This document shows, piece after piece, positions 22,469-32,030 of a DNA stretch of 32,030 nt (its first letter is position 1; each line of letters starts with the position of its first letter). Both the position numbers and the translations under genes were made by a program. Source of the stretch: Octopus bimaculoides. Lineage: Eukaryota. The notes beneath the pieces were generated by a model that did not search any database, was not told the origin of the DNA, and saw nothing but the letters and a program-made list of their open reading frames with translations. Location of the stretch: the NCBI RefSeq assembly GCF_001194135.2, contig NC_068981.1:29496733-29528762 (forward strand). Direction: 5' to 3'.

Positions 22469-22944
22469 AGACCGAGGAGGTAATATAAGATTACATAATG
22501 TTTCAACAAGCAGTTCTGTAATCCTGGCTGTTAAATTATCGAAACACGTGTCGATAAAGCATAAACATTTTATAAAGCATAAAATACCAGTTATGTTTTC
22601 TGTATATTATTAACACTATTTATGTTCGTCAACGCATATGTGTGTATGTGTGTGTGCGTGTGTGTGTTCACACATATGTATATAAACATTTGTCTGCCTC
22701 CCTTTTTATCTCTCTCTCCCTCTCCCTCTCCCTCTCACACGGACAGACACACACCATGTATCTCTCTCTACGTGTCTAACGATGTGTGTCTCTGTTTACC
22801 TTCGCTCTGTATGCCTATCGGTCTATCTTTATCCACACTCCTTTTTCACATACATTCACCCATACAACGCATAACTTCCGTCACGCATATTCTTTGCACA
22901 TCACCTTCACTTTTAATATTGACATTGACGTTATAGTATTGCCC

Positions 22945-23056
22945 TTGTTGTTGGTGTTGTTGTTGTTATCGGCGTGGTTTGTTTTACTGTTGAGTTGATG
23001 ATGATGCTGATGAAGACAACGACGGCGGCGACGACGACGACGACGACGACAACGAC

Positions 23057-23092
<36 letters not shown>

Positions 23093-23226
23093 AAGGACGA
23101 TGATTGCTTTGGTTCTTAATTCCACTCCCTTTGTTTTCTAAGCATTTCGCGTTTCTGAATTTTTTTCTATTTTTTTTTTTCTTGTTGAACTTCACTTATT
23201 TCTTTTTATTTTGTTATTATTCTTGT

Positions 23227-23265
<39 letters not shown>

Positions 23266-23310
23266 TGCTGTTGCTGTTGTTGTTGTTCTTGTTGTTGATG
23301 TTGTTGTTGC
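22945..23310. repeat. Trinucleotide cluster (GTT)/(GAT)/(GAC) and (GCT)/(GTT)
   Basis: Direct reading. Confidence 0.95.
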
Positions 23311-24174
23311 TGTCCTATCCTTCCACTTTGCGAAGGTTTTATTCTGTGTTCAATAAGCATAGATTCACTGTGGCATCTGACAGTCCATATGCCACACACA
23401 ACCAAGGATACAAACTATCCTAACGCGACCAGCTGGTCTTATTAACGTAGTTGACATGGCGTGAAATAACGAAATACGCACACACGAGCACACACACGAA
23501 CCCACACACACACAGAAACACTCATATACACATACAGACGAACACGCACATATATACACACCACAATATACAGATACACCCATACAGGTATACCCGGAAA
23601 TACATTAACATACGCCAACACATACTATTTTACGTACAAACGCATACACTCCGCCCAGACGGACTTTGCAAATATACAGATACATACACATATACAGGCA
23701 CACGAAAACATTTGCTTTCACAAATTTACACACACTCCACTGCATTGCACACGCACAGAACATCCTACACACACATACATACACACACACACAAACACAT
23801 ACATACACAAACACACAAACACAAACACACACAAATGTACATATACACACACTTACAAACATCAACGGCCACCATCTTATGATTCGTTTGATGCTATGGT
23901 CAAACTGAGAAATATATAAAATATAATATATAAAAAGAACATGTGCTGACCATATTTCAGTTGTTTCTACATTTAACCTCTTTCAATATATCTATAATAA
24001 TGATATTTATATAATGATTGTGCAACCATAGACACCATCATACGTTTGTAAAACCAAATACCAAAATATCGGCCATACTTTGGAAGCAAAACCCCCAATG
24101 AACTCAACGAGTGATATGTAAGTTTGTATATATATGCGTATGCATGTTTGCATGCATGTATGTATACATGTATG

Positions 24175-24215
<41 letters not shown>

Positions 24216-25139
24216 CACAATCAAGGTATGTGAATTTGAGTGGGGTAATATTTTGAACAAAAACATAATTAGCTGATCCTCTTCTATTTTCTTTTACCCA
24301 AAGCTAGTAACCTTTCAACGTCCTCTCGTACATACTCCGAAACACACGAATTGACAAAAATGCGTATAGATACACAATATTTTCAACTGAAAAACTGTAT
24401 TTACACACTATGTAAACAAATGCATAAGATTAATATCCCGAATCTGAGACAAACATTTCATTCCTGGTATGCGTTCTTTCTTTCCATCTTAAAGCCATCC
24501 CTTTCCTTATGTAGTACATTAAAATAAAAAGAAATTATAACCACCCATTGCTAGATAAAAGGTTAGAGCAATAATATTATATTAGAAATGCTTTTTATAA
24601 ATGAATATACATTAATTTTATTGTTTTATTTTATTATTAAATTGCCCTTTTCTATGTGTAGTTTAGTTTATAGATAGACCTTTTGATAAATAGAGCAGAC
24701 TTAAGACGCTTAACTAATCTTTTCTGCCACGACTCATTTCCGTGTTCAAATTCTACCTGCATCGACATTATATTTCAGCCCACTGATTTCGTTACATTAA
24801 CTGAAAGCATTGAGACTAATGTTGTTGAAAAAGACATAAACTTCAGGCATCAATCACAGACTGAAGTTATTTTTAATTCACTTATATCGCTATTATTCAT
24901 GCAAAAATACCAAAAAAAGAGAAAACAAGAAACATCAACGTCATACTTGCCATTTTACTTCCCCACGAAATAAATTTACACTAAAGCAAAACAAAAATAT
25001 TCCATTGAATACCAATAAGTCTCCGATTTTATGTGAATCTCTTTTCAATGATTTATACACTAATACCGCCTATACTTGTTCCAGTCAGTTGGCAATGGCG
25101 ACTGCGCAGCTTTTATATAACCGAAAATGAAGATAAATA

Positions 25140-25960
25140 TTTATTTCTTCCACACCATAGTACGATAATTAGTGCCAGCTCTCTAACGTTTCATAATGAT
25201 GAGTTATGTATCAATGGGAACCATCCGTATGGACCCTTTCCCCAAAAAAATCTGTATGAAAGAGTCGGGTGAGGTAATATAGAATAAAGAATTCTGCTCT
25301 AAGGAAAAAATTCCTTGGACAGATTTAATTTTACCCTCTAGAAGTAACTAGATTGACAACTTAACCACTCATTCATTTTGTTCCTACTCTTATAGACAAG
25401 AATGATATTTTGGGTTAGCTGCGAATGTAACTATATCTAACTTCTAAGCTTATCTACGGATTATCTCAGAAAATAACGTTATCTTATTTGCATATCAGTT
25501 TTAATCTTCAATCGGGGGAGGGTGTCTACACTTGTTTATGCCTTCTTCATATTCCAGCAGTATCCTTCAATAATTTTCAGCGGTCGGCTGCTAATTGGAA
25601 TTAAAGAGAGTAAACATTAAATGTAAATCCAGAGCCACTATTTTTTACACTGTAAAAAAAAAAGCCACAATTGTTTATAAGGTAACACAGCCCATAGAAT
25701 TAAACCAATTTCTTAATAATTTTATCGAAGCTTGGGAATCTCAACTCATAAGCCAAATGCTCATGACTAAATTTTAGGAGGAAATTTACCTCCCTTTCCA
25801 TCCAGACACCGGAAATATAATTTGAAATGAGTGGTGAGCCAGAAGAACGGAGTAAAAAATGCAAAATAAAAATAAAACAAACGTATGAAGAAATAAAATG
25901 GTCGGTGATAGTATTAAAGGAAGCTGTCAAAAATTTTGGAGTGGGCAAGAAAAGGTGAGG
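25140..25960 (+). pseudogene. Very decayed Tc1/mariner transposase DDE region (tentative)
   Basis: Ordered motif ghosts: FHNDELCING (FSDEA.F..NG-like), FIFQQ (FQQD-like), VNP (DLNP-like), VYK...ELNQF...IEAWESQ (VYK..LEELK..I..AW-like); many stops. Confidence 0.4.
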
Positions 25961-25976
25961 GGTAAAAGATGAGCGC

Positions 25977-26105
25977 GAATTATCGACCCCTAAATGTTGA
26001 AAGGACGTCGGTGGAATTTGAACTCAGAACGTAATAAATTTAATCTTTTCTACTCTAGGCACAGAGCCCGAATTTTTTTTTTGGGGGGGGGGGATGCTAG
26101 TTAGA
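25977..26105 (-). mobile_element. Two SINE family B fragments
   Basis: 25977-26034 (TTATCGACCCC...GGTGGAATTTGAACTCAGAACGTAA, middle part) and 26044-26105 (CTTTTCTACTCTAGGCACAGAGCCCGAA..., 3' end). Confidence 0.7.
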
Positions 26106-26156
26106 TGGATCATTGAGTTGAGGTTACTTTACTGTGTCAACGATAAATAAATATAT

Positions 26157-26371
26157 TCCTTTCTATAATAGGCACAAGGCCTGACGTTTTGGGGGAAGGG
26201 ACTATTCGATTAAATTGACTCCAGAATTTCACTGGTAATTAATTTATCGACCCAGGAAGGATGAAAAGCAAAGTCGACCCCGACTGTATTTGAACTCAGA
26301 ACGTGAAGACAGACGAAATTCCGCTAAGCGTTTCGCCCGGCGTGCTAACGATTCTGCCAGCTCGCCGCCTT
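26157..26371 (-). mobile_element. SINE family B, full length
   Basis: Reverse complement: AAGGCGGCGAGCTGGCAGAATCGTTAGCACGCCGGGCGAAA...TTCTGAGTTCAAATAC...GTCGACTTTGCTTTTCATCC...GGCCTTGTGCCTATTATAGAAAGGA. Confidence 0.92.
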
Positions 26372-28362
26372 ATGCGATAAATAAATATAATGTCGCACCC
26401 ATGTTTATACATTTATGCAGAATAAAGAGAAAGAAATTTTTAGAAGTGAAATGGTCAAGAATGAGAAGAAAAGGAAAGGAAGAGGTTAAATATGCAAATT
26501 TTATTCATTTGTTATTTACTATCCATTCTGAATTAATCCACGCCCCACCATAATCTAGCCCAGCCCCACGGAAAAGCACTGGAGTAGAGACTCCGTCATG
26601 GGTTTAGCTTTACTTTTAGTTTGCTTTAAGCAGTACCAGTTCAGGCTACGATAGACAACCGCTTTCACTACTGAATGTTCTGTGTTGTTTGTGAAATCTC
26701 TGCTGCCTATTCTGAGACCCATTTCGGTTGATTCCTGATTCATTGTTGATTCTTTCATTTGCGTGTTGCTGGAAATTCATCTAGCTCTCCCAGTATGAAT
26801 AAAATATTCTTTTTCTCGGTAGACATCAATAACCTACACAGCCTTAGGGCCAGATAACTTTTGAATTCCAAATCCATCACAGACATTGAGATAATAACGT
26901 TTGACAGAATGACTACTGACCACAAAAGATTAAGAATAGTAATACACAAGGGGTGGGGGGAATATCATTTCTTATTTTCAACAATTATTTTCATTGGTCG
27001 TAAAAAGTGGATCAAAGAAGTTTAATCAACAAAAGTGGATATTTTTGAGAAATTTATGTAACTTCAGCATTTTTCTTTTTCTTTGAACTTCTTCATTTAC
27101 TTTTGGCAATTTTTCGATATATTTAAACATAATCGGACAAAATTTAACTGTTATTTCGTTAACCATTCTTTTTATTTTACTTTCTTGCTTGCTTTATTCT
27201 CCTTTTCTTCCATCGTTTTGTTAATGCATGTTACAGTTTCTTATTCATATACACACACTCACACGCACGCACACGCACGCACACACACTCATACGCACGC
27301 ACACGCACATATATATCTTCTTTTATTGGTTTCAGTTCAAAGCTGCGGTTATGTTGTGGCTCTGCCGTTGCTATATATNNNNNNNNNNNNNNNNNNNNNN
27401 NNNNNNNNNNNNNNNNNNNNNNNNNNNNNNNNNNNNNNNNNNNNNNNNNNNNNNNNNNNNNNNNNNNNNNNNNNNNNNNNNNNNNNNNNNNNNNNNNNNN
27501 NNNNNNNNNNNNNNNNNNNNNNNNNNNNNNNNNNNNNNNNNNNNNNNNNNNNNNNNNNNNNNNNNNNNNNNNATATATATATATATATATATATACAATA
27601 TAATAATATATATGCATATATACATACATACATGTACATACATATATATGTATATACACATGCTCATATGGGTACAGGACGTCAAAAAGTGTAAACAACA
27701 TGAAGAACGAGAAAATGAAATACAAAAACATGGAAAACGAACTTTTTTTGCGGACAACGAAAGAAACCAATAGAAGAACCAGTGCAGGTATTCAACTTTA
27801 AAATTCCGACCAAGCCGAAGTGAATTTTTAACTGCATTATTAGCCCTACTGATGCAGGCTGAAGAGGTGAATGAAACATAGAGTCGTTTTGAGAGAAAAA
27901 ATGCTTTTCCAGCGATAAGAATTTTATACATATATATATTTATCATGTGTAATAACACGATTTGCTTACGTTGTCAGATAGTGTTAACTGTTTCTAAATT
28001 AATATGTATAATAGAAAAGAATACGATTATCTTATACTATTTGCTAAAGTTATCTCACTATAATGTTACTGTCACGTTAGAGTAATGTTATTCTTGGTTT
28101 TACGAGGATATCATAACACTGACGTATATCATCTATTATGTATCGCGTGTGTGTGTGTTTGTGTGCATTTATGTACATTCATGCATGTATGTATGCGCGT
28201 ATATATATATATGTATAAAGGTATACATCCATACATGTTAGCCTTTTCTCCTCAACTTGTAAATGTGTTCTTTCACTGGACCGAAACTGCCGTTTTGTTT
28301 CTATTCCACAGAAGCGAACAGAAATATTATAAGCACGAGCGATTGCACATATGCACATATTT

Positions 28363-28900
<538 letters not shown>

Positions 28901-29535
28901 AATGTGAAGGACGCGTCTGACGACGTTGAAATCGCCTTTATTTATTTTTTCTCTCTATCGACATTAGGATACACATTCGACAATAATATTAATGATTTTT
29001 ACCAAGAAGGTTAAACAATTTAATATTCGTTTAAATTCTCCCAGTATTTGATTGGTACTCTATTCTATTGATCTCGTGAGAACAAATGCTAGAATGTAAC
29101 TCGGCGGGAATCCTTATGTAAACCACTTAAGTTCCTGCTGATCTTATCCACCCTGCTTAATAATTATTTCGGATATCGGAACAGAGGTAAACTTGTTACC
29201 AGTTCAAATATGCTTGAGGCATATTCGAACTCTTAAGAAAGCCATTCACTGCATTCTGTTATGGAGAAAAATTCACGCTGAAGATAAACTGGTGTAAAAA
29301 TAGCAAGTCAGTCGTCAGTCCTGAGTGCCCTCTACCGAGATCGATGAATACATGCATTTCGGCATCGAGCACTGGAAACAGGTACTTCAAACTGACTACG
29401 TCTCATGCATTTTTGAACTGGTACCAAATTTATGTTTTTACACATCCCTGCTTGCCGCTTCCAATCAGTTAAGTACAAAGACTCTATGTTTTTCATGGAC
29501 TGGGACACCAGCACCTGAATAATATTTGTAGTATC

Positions 29536-29740
29536 GAAGGCGACGAGCAACCAGAAACGGTAGCACGCCGGGCGAAATTCTTAGCAGTATTTCGTCTGTC
29601 TTTACGTTCTGAGTTCAAATTCTGCCGAGGTCGACTTTACCTTTCATCCTTACAGGGTCGATAAATTAAGTACCAGTTGCGATCTAATCGGCTGGCCCGT
29701 CTCCGAAAATTTCGTGCCTTGTGCCGAGAGAAGAAAAGGA
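29536..29740 (+). mobile_element. SINE family B, full length
   Basis: GAAGGCGACGAGC...TAGCACGCCGGGCGAAAT...TTCTGAGTTCAAATTCTGCCGAGGTCGACTTT...TAAGTACCAGTTG...CCTTGTGCC...AAAGGA. Confidence 0.92.
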
Positions 29741-29744
29741 ATTT

Positions 29745-30057
29745 ATACTATCGACTCAGGAGAATGAATATCAAAGTTGATATTAGCGCTAACTAAACTC
29801 AGAATAGAGAGATATGCAGCTAAGTAATGTGACTCATTATTCCGCAATCCTACCCGTTCTGTGATCACGATAATTTCTCAGAGAAGCACATAAGAACAGT
29901 TCATTGAATCAACCCTAACACTTGAATGTTTCTTATTTTATAGATACCAGACGGGGGAAAAAGCAAAATCGACCATGGCAAAATTCAAATACGGAATTTA
30001 ACGAGCGTTAAACTTCCATAAATTATTTTGTGATAAAACATTTCTGCCAGTCCACCA
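29745..30057 (-). mobile_element. Two older, degenerate SINE family B copies
   Basis: 29745-29855 (ATCGACTCAGGAGAATGAATATCAAAGTTGA...AACTCAGAA...CTAAG) and 29945-30057 (AAAGCAAAATCGACC...TTCTGCCAGTCCACC head). Confidence 0.55.
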
Positions 30058-30069
30058 CAATCGTTTCGA

Positions 30070-30265
30070 ATTTTTACAGAAGGTCAACAATTTTAAGGGT
30101 AGGTCGATTATGTCACCTCCTGTACTCAACAGGTACCTATTTTATAAACATCGAAAGGGTGAAAGAAAAAGTGAACAACAGTGGATCTTGTACTCAGAAA
30201 GTAAGGACGGACGAAATCTCGCTAAACATTTTGTTCGACGTGTTAAGTATTTTGCGAGCTCGCTG
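30070..30265 (-). mobile_element. SINE family B
   Basis: GGTCGATTA...GGTACC...GAAAGGGTGAAAG...ACTCAGAAAGTAAGGACGGACGAAAT..GCTAA...GAGCTCGC. Confidence 0.8.
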
Positions 30266-30285
30266 TATTCGCCCACTTTAATAGT

Positions 30286-30501
30286 CCTTTCTGCTATAAT
30301 CACAAGAACTGAAATTTTAGGGGTGGAGGCTAGTCGATTACATCAAAACCACAGATCAATCGGTTCTTACTTTATCAACCCCAAAAAGAATGAAAAAGAA
30401 ATTCGACCTCGGTGGAATTTGAACTCAGAACATAAAGACGCCGGAAATACCGATAAGAGATTTTGCCCGTCGTGCTAACGATTCTACCACCTCGCTGCCT
30501 T
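30286..30501 (-). mobile_element. SINE family B, full length
   Basis: CCTTTCT...CACAAG..CTGAAATTTT.GGGG...AGTCGATTA...TCGACCTCGGTGGAATTTGAACTCAGAAC...CGTGCTAACGATTCT.CCA.CTCGC.GCCTT. Confidence 0.9.
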
Positions 30502-31689
30502 CGCCCAGTTTACTAACAATCACAGTATCATAATGACAGAGTTTATTTTGAGAAAAATAAATAAATAAATAAAAATAAAAAAAACTGCACCATTGCCAAC
30601 TCATCGCCCTAAATTTCATGATTGTCTACCATTCATAATCACTACTAAATTTGACGCAGTTTTATAGCATTTATTTATTTATTTATTTTTACTTCCACGT
30701 TCCTATTCAGCTTATATCAAAAGGAATTATTATAGACACACTTGCTTTAGAGATTGTTTGCAGCAGCCATTCATAGACACATTTTAAAAGAAAAATAATG
30801 GTGAAGATTTCGTTATGTTTAGATATAGACGGGTGAGATCATCCAATAAACTACAGAGATTACCCTCCAATATATTATTACCGTAGGCATTATTGTATAC
30901 TTATTGATAATAGTTTCAAATAGCATAAAGAGATGGCAAAAAAAAAATTATATTGTGTTTTGTTCACATTGCAAAATATGCAGATTTTTTTAATATAAAG
31001 ACATTTCAAAATGAGCCCCAAAATCAACACCGATAAAGTGTAATAAATAAATTAAGGATATATATATAGGATATAAATGCGCTTCATAGAAAGTGTCATT
31101 TGTCTCATGTATTAAATGTTTATATATATATATATATATGCGGGTGTATTAGTGAGTGTATATGTGCGATTTATGCGCCATTGTGATGTAATAAAGATAT
31201 GGAATGAGTTATTGACAGCACTTACAATAGTTATATGTACGTTGACACACACAAAAACACAAGCAAACGCACAAATACACAGACGCACGCACACACACAT
31301 GCATACACATACACACACAAACACAAACATGCACGCACAGGAATGTCTTTAAAAATTGAATTATAAGTATAATATATAGCAAAATCGGGAGAAGAGAAAT
31401 CAATCGAAAAAAGACAAATAAATAGATATATGCTCCTAGAAGTTGAAAGTAGCTGCAAATAGACCAAATTAAAAGATTTCAATGGTAAATTTCTGTATAG
31501 TCATCAGTCCTACTCACGCACTCACATACACACACGCACATACACACGCACACGTACGTATATATACAACATATACAATCATAGACATAATTTACATGTA
31601 TGTTTTCTGTGCGTATACACATATACACAAATATATACAAATATATGTGGTATATTATACATGAGTTTGCTCGTGGAAATATTTATATA

Positions 31690-31727
31690 TGCATACAGAT
31701 ATAGATACATGCATACATACATACACA

Positions 31728-31776
<49 letters not shown>
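31690..31776. repeat. (CATA)/(TG)n microsatellite
   Basis: Direct reading. Confidence 0.95.
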
Positions 31777-31778
<2 letters not shown>

Positions 31779-32030
31779 ACAATACTTAATTGAGTCTAGG
31801 TTCGAAATCGTTTCAAATCTGTATCTGTGTACGCGAGAAGTGGGTGAAGATGTATTGGGTTCATTTAAAACCATAACAAGACATTATTCATATCATTTAC
31901 TCCATATAAATATTATATATTTACATGAAAATATGTAATTTCAAACTACAACCACTCGATACACGTAAGTAAATTGATAGCAACGAATATAAAAGTACAT
32001 ATATGAAATATACCTATGCACACAAACACA

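Noticed and set aside
23369-23396. 8-bp hairpin TGTGGCAT/ATGCCACA
   Set aside because: Short enough to occur by chance; no supporting context.
22881-23423. Poly-H/R/Q/C/L ORFs
   Set aside because: Direct translations of trinucleotide microsatellites.
24036-24115. Plus-strand exon candidate ending in GTAAGT (TPSYVCKTKYQNIGH...)
   Set aside because: The acceptor lacks a polypyrimidine tract and there is no homology.
26555-26949. Two adjacent minus-strand ORFs, the first with a hydrophobic signal-peptide-like start
   Set aside because: Non-ATG start, no dibasic or neuropeptide pattern, and the opposite strand reads better as decayed retroelement sequence.
28312-28363. Plus-strand exon candidate (TTCCACAG| ... 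|GTGAGT)
   Set aside because: The donor is probably created by the adjacent (TG)n tract; the peptide is unrecognisable.
31470-31510. CTGATGA...GAAA on the minus strand
   Set aside because: No stem II pairing or stem III, so it is not a hammerhead.

Overview
AT-rich, microsatellite-dense metazoan DNA, intergenic or intronic, with seven N-gaps (about 3.5 kb) that almost all abut simple repeats. The SINE families and repeat landscape look like octopus/coleoid cephalopod DNA (inference from pattern recognition, not a database hit). No intact protein-coding gene, rRNA, true tRNA or CRISPR is supportable, and most supplied ORFs are microsatellite or N-gap artefacts. The interpretable content is decayed mobile DNA: a Penelope-like GIY-YIG 3' fragment carrying a hammerhead ribozyme fold and a canonical intron in its 3'/pLTR region; a 5'-truncated R4/Dong-type LINE between (CATA)n tracts; Tc1/mariner and pogo-like remnants, including a mariner derivative with perfect TIRs and TA TSD; and at least three tRNA-derived SINE families (more than a dozen copies or fragments). 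The most unusual item is a ~208-bp fold-back palindrome with a hammerhead-like motif at each end (12293-12500). A few isolated micro-exon candidates on the minus strand may belong to an unannotated host gene.
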